A stretch of DNA of 64,000 nucleotides from Neodothiora populina (lineage: Eukaryota), in assembly GCF_041146345.1 (NCBI RefSeq), contig NW_027191417.1, positions 992,001 through 1,056,000 on the forward strand. Reading direction: 5' to 3'. This document shows positions 12,837 through 25,998 of this stretch, piece by piece. The position numbers and the translations under genes were made by a program. A model generated the notes under the pieces. The model saw only the letters and a program-made list of their open reading frames with translations, ran no database searches and was not told where the DNA came from. The stretch's first letter is position 1, and each line of letters begins with the position of its first letter.

Positions 12837-15615
12837 AGACTGAACACCTTACAAGGCTGTGACATCGACCTTTGGCGACATGCCCCAATATCACATCTTG
12901 TCAGCATGTCGACCTCAAGTCACATCGTCACTCGCCGTTAGCACCTTCGAAGCAGACCAAGTTGATACGGTATTATTTGCGACACACATTTACACAAGAG
13001 GCGCCACAATTACGCGGCTCTACACGACTCTGACCACAGGTCGAAGAGATCATGATCCATTCAGAATACTATCTCCGAGCTTGCTGTCCATGATCAACTG
13101 ATAGAGAATGGCAATTCAGGGTACGCTTCCACCGCCACGATACCACGATCTTATACTTCAATTGGTTGTTCCAGCGAGCAAAAACGACGATCACGAGCAG
13201 CGTGATGATGATAGCCATGAAGGGAAGACAATGACTGTCTCGAAAATTGCGCTCTACCAATAGCAAATGCAGATTGGTCTTGTACGTCTTACGATTTTGA
13301 GATGGCCAAGAAGAAGGCTGAAGACTAAAACACGAAATCATATCGAGTATGACCATATCTGCAGCACTTCAGCTGTACGACCGTCAAATCTAGTAGCTAA
13401 TCCGGCTCGTGCACTTGTCTGACGTTCATGACGCATTAGCCATGTCCGGATGCTCCTCATGAGTTCGCCACAATGTCAGTCGTCAGCAAGGTCCACTCTT
13501 GGTCATCATGCCAAACTCGGAGTAGGCCGCACTCTCAGCTGCAAGCACAGAGTCTGCATAGTCGCTTCAAGCCCTTCCGTGTGACCTCTGTACTGGCCAA
13601 TGTATATCGCCGAAAAATCTAGTTCATACCAAACCAAAGTCCATTGGCGAGTCCTGATTCTCGCTGTCTTGAGTACGACGAAGACGGTCGATACGACTGC
13701 TCGGGAATTGTGGATCCATATGCTGCGATCGCAGCCTCGTACAGATCATAGCATAGTACACTGTAGAAGCACGGATTTTTCCCACAAGGTCTGCGGTGTT
13801 TTCTCGAAGCGTGACCGCATGTACTCGTACATCCATCCGACTCGACCATGCCCGCCAGCGGTTACCGAACTCCGTAATCCCAGCATCGCTAATGCTAAAT
13901 TGACAAATGGCCATTCAATGAGAGATTTTCTGCATGGAAAAAGCAGTTTTGCACAAATGTGATTCGTCCGCGGACGAAAAGTCTGCAGAGTAGCTGCATA
14001 TGCAAGAGGACTACATGTACAAGTACCCTTGTCGGCGACAAAGTACTTTCTGTGCCTGGACTTTTCACTACAACTTTACGCGCCTGTGTTGAGCCGCGTC
14101 ATGCATGCGCTGGGGGGTGACTACCCTACCAAACAAGGTAAAGTAGGCTGTAAGGCATCCTAGAAGGTCCGCAAGATTCGCCGGATCATGGTAATGGGCT
14201 GGAACACTCAGAGTCTTTGAAATTGCATGGTAACTTGATAAGGCTTGTTGATTCAGATATTTCCACGTGCTTATTGATCAACACCAGGAGCACAAACGCT
14301 CGTTGCCAGGAAATTTGCTGTAGCAGACCCACTCTGATACGTGAGGAAGAAAGAAGTGTTTCGAGAAGGAAAACTCTCGGACGCAATTGTCATTGGTTGA
14401 ATAGGTATGTTTTTCAGCCAGCCATTCAATTTTGAGGGGGAAAGCGCTGTTTCACGATAGCGCTACTGCAGCACATGGCGCCGCAGCCGCTTGTGCCGGC
14501 AGCAACATGTGTTTGTATTTCAACGGCGCTGCAGGTACCATCTTGTGCGAACCCTCCGGTACCTGACGATATCGATTCGAATTTTGCACTGCGGACGTGA
14601 TGGTCAAGACTTCAGCAACAAAGATGCCTGCCAGCATATACGCGCACCTTGTGATATACGCCTAAGATTGTACGAATCGTGATTGCCTGGCTGTACCATG
14701 CCAATTAAGCTTCGCGGCAAATTAGCGTAGGTGATTCACCTTAAGTCTCTGAAGATCAGCCTGTGTCGACCGAACAGTACTGGACAGGGATCGTGCAGGA
14801 ACCCGCCGGATATCCAGGTGCAGTACAGTGCCTCGACCAGAACCTTCACGCCTCGAGCTTCACACTATTGTGGCTCTTTGGATGGCCATCCCGCTTCAGC
14901 GTGGGGCCGGCACCATGCGAGCGTGAACCTTACGGATAGGAGTGTCAGGGGAAAACCAGAGCTTCTGCAAGCCCAACCGAGGAGACCGCCGCCAGGATTT
15001 TACCACGCGCAGACGTTCAACTTATTCAAGCATACGGCGTGTGGCGTATTCTGAGGAAGCCTATGCCCCGTTGACAATCTCAGCCTACCTGCTGTTGACT
15101 CTGTGATGATGTCTCATGGCTCTTAAACAGATGCATTCCAAAACTCAGTCTGGGTTACATCGCCGGCCGCAAGCAAAGTCCAGCCGCGCCAAAGATGTCT
15201 TCTAGCTAGGTCGACCAGTAGGGTGGTAAGTCGGTGGGTACTTCTCGAGGATCTAGCGCTCTGGACTCCTGCAACCTTCTAGTGATTCACGCTGTCAAAG
15301 CATGGGTCTCGGAAATGGCATTCATGCACACGCTCAACGGCGTGCAAACTGAAAAGTCGGTGCTACAAGTATAACTATATCGTCTCCTCCATCCCTCCTG
15401 ACTCCTTGGGTTGAACCACTTTCGCACCACATTCTTTACGTAGGTCTCCTTAGGTCTGTGACCTATTTGCTTTCTTTTTGACTATTCACCACTCCTTTGA
15501 AAGGATAGTCGTTCATTCTTACTCTCCTTCACGCTTTCACATATTATCTCCTTCTTTTGCCCCCTATCTACAAAGGATTTGATATCCTCGCTATATATCT
15601 CTGCACAGACAAAAA

Positions 15616-17482
15616 ATGCATTCTTCTACCTCTCTTAGCCTGTTGGCTGCGCTTGCAGCACCTGCTGCGGCCTTCTTCAGGATGCCTTGCCCCGGTCGAA
15701 TTCTTACAGAACGTGCCGACCCCATCGTCAGCCCTGGTAGTGTTTCGGGTCACGTCCACACTATTTCTGGTGGCAACGGATTTGGCTTCGAGATGGATTA
15801 CGAGCAGGCCCGCACTTCCACTTGCTCCTCATGCCCGATCAAGCAGGATCTTTCCAACTACTGGACCCCTGCACTCTACTATCAGTACCAGAATGGCTCC
15901 TTTGAGAACGTCCCTCAGGTTGGCGATAGCGTCGGCTCGTACGGAGGCATGACCGTCTACTACTTGCAACGCCCTGGCCCAAACAACGATGCTCTCAAGG
16001 CATTCCCCGAGGGGTTCCGCATGCTTGCCGGTGATCCATTCAAGCGTAATAGAACAGACGATTTCGAATCCGACGCTGTCTCTTTCGTCTGTCTCGACTA
16101 TAGCTCCACCTCGCCTCAAACTCATGGGTTCCCTACCGGCAACTGCCCCGATGGTATCCGCGCCCAGATCTTCTTCCCCTCCTGCTGGGATGGTGTCAAC
16201 CTTGATTCTTCCGACCACAAGTCTCATGTCTCTTACCCTGCCAGTGGCTCCAACGACAACGGCCCTTGCCCCGCCTCTCACCCCGTGCACCTTGTCTCTC
16301 TTTTCTATGAGGTTATCTACGACACCAGCAACTTTGCCGACAAGTGGTACGGTAGCGGCCAGCCTTTCGTCTTTGCGATGGGTGACGCTACTGGCTACGG
16401 CATGCACGGTGATTTCGTCAACGGTATGTTTCCTTCAGATGGATAGATCGCTCTATGAAAACTGATTCAATGTAGGTTGGGATGTTGATGCCCTCCAGAC
16501 TGCCGTCGATACTTGCAACAATGATTCTGGTCTGCTTAGCGATTGCCCTGTTTTCGAGTACTTCACCAACGCCGAGAGCAAGGCATGTGTCGTTCCTCCT
16601 TCCATCGATGAGGCCGTGACTGGTGTTCTTGACAAGCTTCCCGGCTGCAACCCTGTTACCGACGGTCCCGAGGAAGCAGCAATTCTCAGCTGTGACAACC
16701 CTCCTATCGGCGCCTACAAGGAGTACTTCACTGATGTCACCTCGTCGCTCGGTTACGGCTACGTTGGTTGCGGCTCTGACGGAACCACCCGTACTCTCTC
16801 TGCTGCGTCCGAGTCCGGCTCAGACATGGATGTCGAGACCTGTGTCTCCTTCTGCAGTGACAAGGGTTACGCATACGCTGGTATGGAGTATGCCAGCCAA
16901 TGCTACTGCGGCGACTCGGTCCCCTCTGACAAGGCGCCTGTCGAGCATATCGTGGGCAACTGCTTCTCTCCTTGCGCAGGCAACAGCTCCGAATACTGCG
17001 GTGGGTCCAATGCGCTCTCTCTGTACAAGAAGTGCGACGGCGGAAGCTGCACCAACGCTTTGTACACTCCCCCCTACGGATCTGCAAGCTCTTCTTCTTC
17101 GGACACTTCTTCGTCCAGCTCCGGCAACAGCACCAGCACCAGCAGCAGTGTAAGCAGTGCAAGCAGTGCAAGCAGTGTAAGCAGTGCAAGCAGCTCGGCC
17201 GCTTCCTCTTCGACTGTGGCATCAAGCACCTCCGCCTCCTCTTCTTCCTCTGCTCCTGCTTCTTCCACCACTTCCGCAACAGCAACTTCCGCATCTTCCT
17301 CGTCGAGCACCTCATCTTCTGCTACAGCGACCTCGACCGCAAAGGCCAAGCACAGAAAGCAAAAGCAGGGCTGGACCGCGCGCCAACGATCTCGCTTCGC
17401 AGCCGCCAGAGCCGCGCACGAGATCGCCGAGCGCGAGGCAGACGAGGTCGAGGCCACGCTCGCCGAGGCTATGAACGCTTAA
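15616..17482 (+). CDS. Secreted DUF1996 + WSC domain protein with Ser/Thr-rich tail
   Basis: Signal peptide MHSSTSLSLLAALAAPAAA. DUF1996 motifs RADPIVSPG..SGHVH, DLSNYWTP, FPSCWDG.NLDS.DHKSH, HGDFVNGWD (intron 16424-16475). WSC motif YVGC...C..FC...GY.YAGMEYASQCYCG...C...CAGNSSEYCGG. Confidence 0.92.
17144..17188 (+). repeat. Coding 9-bp tandem repeat (AGCAGTGYA)x5 encoding SSV/SSA
   Basis: Read directly; lies in the Ser-rich tail of the WSC protein. Confidence 0.9.
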
Positions 17483-17964
17483 GCTCTTCATTCTCGCGTG
17501 TGTGTCTCTTTTTTCTTCTCTCTGTGGCGGTGAATGTCGGACTTTACTGTACATACAGCACATGTCACAGGAGAGTAAAATTGCCGTGCACAAGATAGAG
17601 TTAGTCGTCGCAGGCCGGTCGTGTATCCTTCTTCCTGATTGGGATAAAGTCCCTTTACGGACCCGTGGTCCCCCCTTTTTTTCTCTCATGCGAAGGAGAA
17701 AAGGGGTTCCGGACCACTTATTCTATTCTTCTCCCCCCTTTAATTCCTTCATGATTTGTTTTTGTCCCTTTTGTTTGTTTTTGGGTTTTTATGAATGTTT
17801 GGATGAACTGCACAAGACGAGACGAAATGAGATGATACGAATAAGAGAAAAAGGAAAATAGGATCGGTGGATGGGTTTGGGGTTTTGTGTATGGGTTATT
17901 ATTGTATGCACTACTGGTACACTGTAGGTATGCTGTATGTACTGTATACTGCATGTATGGGAGT

Positions 17965-17981
17965 GGGGGGGGGGGGGGGGG
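17965..17981 (+). repeat. G17 homopolymer between the convergent WSC and ERG27 3' ends
   Basis: Read directly. Confidence 0.9.
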
Positions 17982-18299
17982 TTTGGTTCGGGGAACCAGG
18001 ACTTGGTGTACTGTCTTCACCTACCTTACCTTTAGCTTTGCCGTACTTTACATGCAGTACCTGCTTTACCTTACAGAAGACTTGGTATGTACCACATATG
18101 CATGGTGCTGTATATATTTTACGTACGTACCTACCTACAGCAACTTACCTACCTCGGGTGCAGTCGCGGAAACCTGCACGACTAGACGAGATGAGATAAA
18201 GGGTGACGAGCCGCGATGAGATGAGCTGAGAAGAGACGAAGAATTCATGTTTTACGATCTCTATTCCGTAGACACAATACTGTACAAGGGGGGGATACA

Positions 18300-19805
18300 T
18301 CAAATATGCTGCCCCTCCTCCCCACCATCACCGAGCAAGCCAGCAACGCCCTCAAGTCTACCCTCCCACTCCGCCCTCAACTCCTCCATCTCCCTCCAGA
18401 CGCTCGCGCCCAAAACCTCAAAGTCCTCTCTCTGTTCCATCGTGACATCGCCCATGCCCCTCCACCTCGCCTTCTGCTTCCTCAACTTCAGTCCCCCGTC
18501 CGCGCGTTCTCCAACCTGTCCTCTCCACCCCCACCCCTCGACCTCGGTCAGCACGACGCGTTCCTTGCCCAGCATGTCGGCGCTACTGCCCCATTTCCCC
18601 TTCTTGCGGCCCTGGGCTTCGTAGACGTCTAGATCGCGCTGATCGGTCAGGGCGAGCCAGACGGGGGCGCAGGCGCCCAGGTAGGCGTGGATCGTGTGCC
18701 AGGGGGAGCCGAGGAGGCGCGAGATGTAGAAGGAGAACTGGCGGAAGAATTCGAGGAGAGGGTTGAGCGCGGCGATGCTTGTGCCGCAGATGCCCGGGTG
18801 GGAGAGATACATTTTCGGGGGCAGGGCGGCGGGGGTTATGGGGGTGTTGTTGGGGGTGGGCGCAGAAGGAGAGAGGTAGGTTGATGTGGAGGCGTGGGTC
18901 GAGGGGAGTTCGGAGGTCAAGACCAGGAGATCGGTCAGGCGTTTCGTCGACTCGTATGACTCCGAGGTGCGCAGGGACTGTAAGTCGTCGGGGCTGAAAG
19001 CGTGAGCGTAGGCTTCCAGACTGGACACCCAGATGATTCGAGCGTGCTGTGCGTCCTCGTCGGTCTGCATGCTTTCCGCACGAGTCCTCGTCATCAGAGG
19101 CACGAGTTCGTGCGCCAGAATGTAGTGGCCGAAGACATTCGCTGCAAACGTCTCTCCCAGCACCGGCGTGTTGTTTTCGCTCGCATCGTCGCCTGTGACC
19201 GCTACCGTCTGCTGCTGCTGCGCCGACACTCTTCCCGTGTATCCTAATTTATAAGTGGGATACGTCGTCGCCTCTCGCCAATCAGTAATGATGCTCCAAA
19301 TGGCTCTTGGCCAATTCATCCCGCTCCACCCTCCGATGCCCGCGTTCAGTATCAGAACATCGATATCCTTGCCCCGCTTGATCAGACGCTGCGATAGCCG
19401 TTTGACAGACACCAGACTGCAGAGATCCAGTAGCTCGGACGAGAGTTGGATGCGTGGCTCCAGCAGGGCGCTGATGCCGGTGAGACGACTGTTCGCATCA
19501 CGCAGCACGGTCTGGACGTGTTCTCGTAGTCGTCGGAGGGTGTCGTCTGCCTTCCGTTGGTCGCGCGTCGTGACGATGAGGTGCAGAGTTTGGCACTGAG
19601 GGCGCGTCTTGAGGAATTCGGTCATGAGACGGCAGCATGTCGCGTAGCCTAGACCACTGAAGCGAAACAACAGCAACATTGATCAGCCATCAATCTGGTC
19701 AGTGTTCAAGAAGCTGCAAAGGCAGTCTTACCTGTTCGCGCCCGTCACAAGCACAGTATAAGTCGACTGCTCGTCTGACACTGCGGCCTGCATATTCTTT
19801 GTCAT
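18300..19805 (-). CDS. ERG27: 3-keto-steroid reductase (ergosterol biosynthesis, SDR)
   Basis: Exon 1 19805-19732 (MTKNMQAAVSDEQSTYTVLVTGAN) and intron 19731-19657 restore TGANSGLG. Also ILNAGIGGW, LGETFAANVFGHY, IIWVSSLEA, YESTKR (YxxxK), LLGSPWH, KWGSS. Confidence 0.93.
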
Positions 19806-20270
19806 CGACTCCTGGGCGCTATGTCAAGTATATGTGAACGTTGAGTCTGAGCTGTCTTACAGGCCGTGGACATGATATAAATCATTTACGGGGATAAGAT
19901 CTCTTGAAACGCAAACCCCGTCATTACGCCATACACCGTGCAGCCCATGAACAGTCAATCTTTTATTCACTGGAACCACGATCCGGTACAGATGGACTTT
20001 GAAGCGATATCATTGCTTGTGCATCAACGACCGTTATGGCTGCCGAGATACTCCATACACGAACAGAACAGAAAAGGAAAGCCCCCTGGTATCGTCGAGA
20101 CCCGTTTGCTCCGACCTTCAGGTTAGATGTACCCTCCCCCGAACGCCTTGCCCCCAGCCATTACGCCCTTGTGGCCGTTAACACGATAGGAAAAGACAAT
20201 GGTAACTATTAACATGAACGTCGTGACCAGAGGACACTCTCGGTTTGCCCGAGGAAACACATCTCACATC

Positions 20271-21451
20271 TCACATCTCCATTGCATCTGCAGGGCCTTC
20301 ACTGGACCCTCTGTGCACGCTCCTGCTGCGCGTGTTCCAGCCCGAGATCTCCGTGTCGTATGAAGCCGAATAAAAGCCATCCTCGAGCTTGTCGCGCACA
20401 TCGTCCAGCGTCGACGTGTATTCTTCGTCGTTCTCCATGTCCATTTCCTGCTCGTCCTCGTCTTCCTCTCGAATGACCAAATCGTCGTCGTCCATCTCGC
20501 CCCAGCTTCCCACATCGTCATCGTCGACGCTGTGGCCGAGCCAGTACTGTGCTCTCTTGCCGGCGCCCTCGCCGATGCTGACATTATTGATCGAATTCGG
20601 AATCATCTGGCCACGGCCGCCGGTCGGCATGTGACTCAATGGCGAGTGTGACAGAACGCTAAATGCACGAAAGTTGAGGTAGCACACCCTCTTTCGTTCC
20701 TTGTTGAAAAAGAAGTAATGTTGCGACCAGAGAGCACTCTCGGCCTCAAAGGGGTCGTCTTCGGGGTCCCAGCTGTATTTCTCACAATGTCTGAGGTCCA
20801 TCTCTTGATCAATCATCCTCCACATGCGCTCGCTCCAAGCCGAGTCGCCAGGCGGTGCGATGGTTCCGGGCGACTGTGACGTCAGAGGATGGTGTGAAGT
20901 CGGTGAGAGCATCGTGCTCATACGTCTGGGGCGCATGTTCAGGAGGGTACTGTCGACAGAGCGTTTGATCGCGGTACCGGTGATGCGGTGAAAGTCAGAA
21001 GGGCGCAGGATATTGGAAAAGTCATAGTCAGGGTGGGTTGCATTCAGCGTAGCGATCAGATAAGCAAAGGTCCGCCTGGCGCTGATTTGGCTGAGGGGTC
21101 CAAAGGGACTGTCGCGCGACAGATCGATTTCGGGAAGCACAACTGAGGACTTGCGGCGTTTCGTCTTGGTGTCCTGCGCTATCTGCGGCGGCGAGAAAGA
21201 TGCCGACAGGCGCAACAGACTCTCATGTTGCGACTCGAGCGAGTGTTCAATGCTCTTGTACAGTTTCTTGTCGCTGCCTGCGGCCTTTGTGGTGTAAAGG
21301 TCGCAGCTGCCTATGACATGCAGGTCCGTGGTGGAGAAGTTGAGCGCCTCGGTGATGGTCTCGAAGTCGCGCAGAGGGACGAACTGAAGCTCGAGTAAGC
21401 CGACCTGTTGTTACAATAGAGCACATCGAGCGATCTTTGATATACCTTCAT
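20271..21451 (-). CDS. MAF1: Repressor of RNA polymerase III transcription Maf1
   Basis: Exon 1 is ATG AAG (21451-21446); intron 21445-21384. Product MKFVPLRDFE...GSCDLYTTKAAGSDKKLYK, RRTFAYLIATLNATHPDYDFS, LWSQHYFFFNKERKRVCY, with an acidic tail. Confidence 0.95.
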
Positions 21452-22284
21452 CTTGGGAGAATGCTGAGAGTTTCACTGGCTGAGCCTTGTGGGATGGATT
21501 GCTTGGACGATAAGCTGACGGGCGCGCAATTGTGCGACACTAGATGTTGTTATGGCTAGGTGACCTTCGATCACTACAGAATCGTGACCTAATCTGGGGT
21601 GTTGAAGGCTAGATCAAAGGTGAATAGAGGTGAAGTCAAGATGCGACCTTGCTAAGGGGAGCAATAGGAGTGATGACGTCCGGCTTGGTGCTTCGTTCAG
21701 GTGAAGGAAGGTTCAGGTACGCGACAGGGTGGAGTGACCGTGGTTGGACTGCAGATTGGTTTGTTCGATTGGAGGATTGAGCGCCTAGAGTGAGCTTGCG
21801 ACTGAGACGTAGCCCATTGCAAGAGCGATGAGTTATGAAGGGTTTCTTGATGATATGACCGTGTTGTGGTGTTGCGGGCGTGTCGTGATCGGAGGTTGAC
21901 CGCGGATTGGCGGACGATTGCGGAGGCGGCCTGAGACACGACGTCAGCCAATCAGCTTCGCACATGCCACATGCCACATACCACACCTCCACGTTGCAGC
22001 CCCTCTCCCATGTCATTCGTGCAGCCACCCTTGTTGTGTCCGAAGCCATGATAAATAGCCTTGTTGTTCTCTATTAAGTTAGTGTCCTGCGTCAGTCGAG
22101 GGCATTCGTCGTTGTGAGCTTGTGCATAATAGTTGCACCTGCTAAAGCCTGACCGGTAGGCTTCAATCCAGCCAACATGGTCGAGACATGACATGGCACC
22201 GAGATACTGCCGCCAGAGATTCCTGTATGATTAGATAGACACGGAACACAGAGAAGACATGACAGAAGCAGACAGTGGCATGGC

Positions 22285-22310
22285 AGAGAGAGAGAGAGAG
22301 AGAGAGAGAG
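22285..22310 (+). repeat. (AG)13 microsatellite
   Basis: Read directly. Confidence 0.9.
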
Positions 22311-22789
22311 CACAATGATTTCAACACCAGAGCCTTTATAAAAAATGGGGCATCATGGTTGTATTTGTATTCGTGTAGCACGTCTGGGACGCGGAAGCCC
22401 TGCCTATGGCTAGGGACACGCATTGCTATGCACATTTGTGATGCTTTTGACGCATCGGTCTCGATTTCCCTTTCGAATCCTCAATAGTTCCCTCAAATTC
22501 CTGTCACGCCAAATCTTGTCTGGTATCGCGTCGTCGTTCAGAGGAGACCATTGTCATAAATGGCCTTGGTGATCGTCTTCGCCTCTCCCTCAACGGTCTG
22601 TAAGGCGGGTCGTGGCGGGTTAGTGTGTGTATACTTTGCAGCTGTAGGAGAACAAGCTCTATCAAAGACAGTCTTGAGTCGCTAGGTGCCTGCCAGCAGG
22701 CTGCGATGGTCAAACGACGTGCACGTAGCGCACTGCTTTGGGAGCGTGAAGCTGCACATGTATGGTCGACATAGTCGGGCCATATGTCT

Positions 22790-23622
22790 CTACATTATCT
22801 TGGTGACGGCATCATCCTCAACCTGATATAAAGTAAGGAAAGTGATCATTGATTGGTTGGGCTGCGAGTGGAGAGGATATGCTGGGAGAAAGAAGAGAAG
22901 CAGATGAAAAAGACAGATGCTAGGGAAGCCGAGTGCACTCACCTCCATGTCCTCTAGACTGTCTTGCTGTCCGATGCATCTCAGCACATTCTTCTTGCTG
23001 CTTTCTTGCATCTCGCCGGCGATTAGTAGTTCATCCAGAATGAAATAGGCTTTCTGAAAGTTGAAGATGATGTCTAGCTCGCAGACGTTGCCGTAGTACT
23101 TGTCCATCTGCTCGACATAGCGATGGACAATTTCCAGCGTGATGAGCTCATTGTCGGTGGAATCGCAGCCGGCGATGAAGAAGAGCGATGCGTATCTGCG
23201 GTAGACTACTTTTGTGTCTGTGGAAGGAAATTGAAAAGGCTTTAGCGTCAGGATTGGTAGGGCGGTGGGGTACCAAGCAAGCTGTAAGCAAGCAAGCACG
23301 GAGACGACCAACCTTTGTACTCAAGGAAGTTGCACATGCGCGTGCGACGTGCAAGCACTAATTGAGATACATCCTTGATGATTTTTGCCTTGTCTTTGGG
23401 AGACAGAGTAATAAACCATTTGGCAAGACGCTGCAGAATATGTGTGAGTTGTTGGAGACGGAAGAGCAAGTCGCGCGCCTGCTCAGCGATCGCTGCACGG
23501 CACACTCACAACTTTGCCCTGCCTAGAGAGCAGGATCAAATATCTGGGAAGCAGCAGACAATCAGTCAGCGAGATGCGACAAGATGCATCTGGATTGATA
23601 TCGACTCGTACCGGACAGCCAT
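22790..23622 (-). CDS. APS1: AP-1 clathrin adaptor complex sigma subunit
   Basis: Exons 23622-23612, 23543-23510, 23430-23313, 23217-22943, 22822-22790 give [21 protein letters not shown]...[27 protein letters not shown]...[42 protein letters not shown]. Confidence 0.95.
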
Positions 23623-24081
23623 GCTGAGGCAAGATTCCCGTCTGCCTGGTGCTGCGATAGTTTGTATGTATAGAGAGAGTGCGGAGTGCGGAAAGCGGGA
23701 AGGGGGAAAGTGATGCTGTTGATGGTGGCAGAGTCTCCCGTCAATTACCTTCCCTACCTACCTACCTTACGGTAATCATCTACCATCGTCAATCGTGACA
23801 TGATCTCCCCGCCCGGCTTCACATTTCGATAACTATTCACATCATTAATTCTCCTTTTCTTTATTCACCTTCTCACTTTTTTTTTCATCTTCTTCTACAC
23901 GTGCGAATTGACAATTCCCACACGCACGATCTTCCTCGTCCGATAGTCTCCATGCATCCAACGCATTGAACGCCCGACCGTGCTTATTCATCACTTGCGC
24001 TACCCACCTACAACACCACCACCACAATCTCTCTACCATCTGCACCTCCGAAACACACCGTTCCGCGCGGGTCAATTCGTC

Positions 24082-25112
24082 ATGGAGAAATTGCTGCTTT
24101 CCACAGGGTAAGAGACTCCTAACCTCTTTTTCGTGCGCTTCCAAAGCTCATCCGGTAAAGCAATCTCATGCCGCAAGGCTTCCTCGGCACAGACAAGTCC
24201 AACACCGAACTCAAGTCCAGTCTGCAATCAAACTTCCAGGCCGCACGCGAGGACGCAGCATACCAGGTTCCGGACAATGGCACGCTCTCCCCTGCTGCTG
24301 CACCGGCTCATCCCCCTTACACGAAATGGACATCTACATCAGACGACAACAAGACCTTGTATATACCTACTCTAGACTTCACCCACAGCGCTCTCGAAGA
24401 AGAGAGGTCACAGTATGACATCACTGTTAAGGTCTTCTTCCTACCAGGAGAAGACAGGGCGGCAAGAGAAGAGCATATTCGCGAGGCTATCGACCTGGTG
24501 CTGCGAGAGCTGCACATGCCCAACGTTGACCTTCTCGTCTTACAATTTCCCGGTGTTTATTTCGATGAGGAGACCGAGTCTTGTCCAGACAAGATCAAAA
24601 GTCGGGGACCTCGTCAAGCCGACCCAGAGCCGCTGGAGAGTCAAGTCGAGACATGGAAGATTGCCGAGAAACTACACAAAGAAGGGCTAGTCCAGAGGCT
24701 CGGTGTCGCTGAATTCGGTGCTGAGAGATTAGCGTCTTTCGTCGATCAAGTCAGCATCCAACCGGACGTCGATCAAATCAGCCTACGCGATTGTTGTAGT
24801 GTTCCGAAGCCCCTGACCTCCCTCGCCAAGGACAAGAAAATCGAGCTGCTCGTGCATAACGACACAGTCAACATTCTACCACGCGGTACTCTGAGAGAAC
24901 TTCTCGACGACGAGGGCGCTGATATACTCGGTTTACCCTCAGCTAAACTCCAACAAGGGCACAAGCGGAAGAGAAGCGATGCTTCCGACCATGCTGAGCG
25001 CATGCAAGGCGACATCGAGCCTCAATGGGTTGTCAAGTACACGGCTGTGGTGAGAAACAGAGGTGTCGTAGAGAACAAAGGCTACTTTGCGTGTGCAAAG
25101 TATCGTGAATAG
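24082..25112 (+). CDS. Glutamate-cysteine ligase modifier (regulatory) subunit, aldo-keto reductase fold
   Basis: Exon 1 24082-24107 (MEKLLLSTG), intron 24108-24160 (GTAAGA..AAG), then NLM...KSNTEL...EEERSQYDITVKVFF...LGVAEFG...ELLVHND..NILP...PQWVVKYTAVVRNRGVVENKGY. Confidence 0.88.
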
Positions 25113-25964
25113 TCTCCCAAGTCGCTCTCCCAGATCATTTGTGAGCCTTGGATGACCTTTGACCGTCATTTCACGTTCAGCCATCATGGCACAGGGTGTA
25201 GAACTTGATCGTGTGTTGCAGCGCACTGCCTTCGATGAGCCAGGCAGCCGGCCTAATGCAGGAAGCCTGGTCCCGCCCATCGCTTACCTTAGCGCTTTGC
25301 TCAGTGTTACTGCATGACCTAGCATATGTCAATCACGCACGACTTCAAAGATTCCTCTGCAGATGAGGTTGTCCACGCTCGTGCCCTGTTCGCTTCCGCA
25401 GTTGAGGGGGCAGAATGGCCACCGAGCTGGGCTATACACTTCTCGAACAAAGTCACGAACCACATCTACACCACCAAAAATGAGTCACGGAATGCCCGTA
25501 AGCGTTTGGGCGTGTCTGCAGCTACAGTACTGTATGCGAGCATCGAGCAGGTTTCTTTGGATCGCTTGCTCTCTCGTGGGTACCACATCATAGCCCGCAT
25601 GTCCATAGATATAATAAAAACAATAGAGTCACAGCAACACAGACCATCATATAGGTAGCTGGCTCAGGCTGCAATACGTTCGGTTTCATCGAGCGACTCA
25701 CATAAGGTGTCTAACCTGTTCAGGTAGTGAGCTGCCCACGCCGCTTTCCTTGACATGTATCCTACACACCGCTCAGCCTCTGACAGCAATCTCACATGGT
25801 TCGTTGCGCGCATGCCGCTGCTCGTGTCATCATTATGAGGCGCTTCCATGCGTTGCCTACCTAAATTGCACGGCCGGTAAGGCAACCCTCGGGCTCCCTC
25901 GAAGGGCGAGGGGGTCCAGCTGCGCCACAGGCTTCGGCTGAGGCCGACTGAGTGGCTTGTATTG

Positions 25965-25998
25965 CCCCCCTCCCCCCCTCCCCCCTCCCCCCCCCCCC
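25965..25998 (-). other. Perfect G-quadruplex-forming tract (G12-A-G6-A-G7-A-G6 on the minus strand)
   Basis: Plus strand reads C6 T C7 T C6 T C12, about 1 kb upstream of the C2H2 gene. Confidence 0.75.

Noticed and set aside
12900..15500. Short ORFs between the MFS and WSC genes
   Set aside because: I found no consistent exon chain or recognisable motif, so I treated the region as intergenic/promoter. A decayed gene cannot be excluded.
16972..17598. ORF with CKQCKQCKQ and the antisense ORF with CLHCLHCLH repeats suggesting a metal-binding protein
   Set aside because: These are alternate readings of the 9-bp Ser-coding repeat inside the WSC protein.
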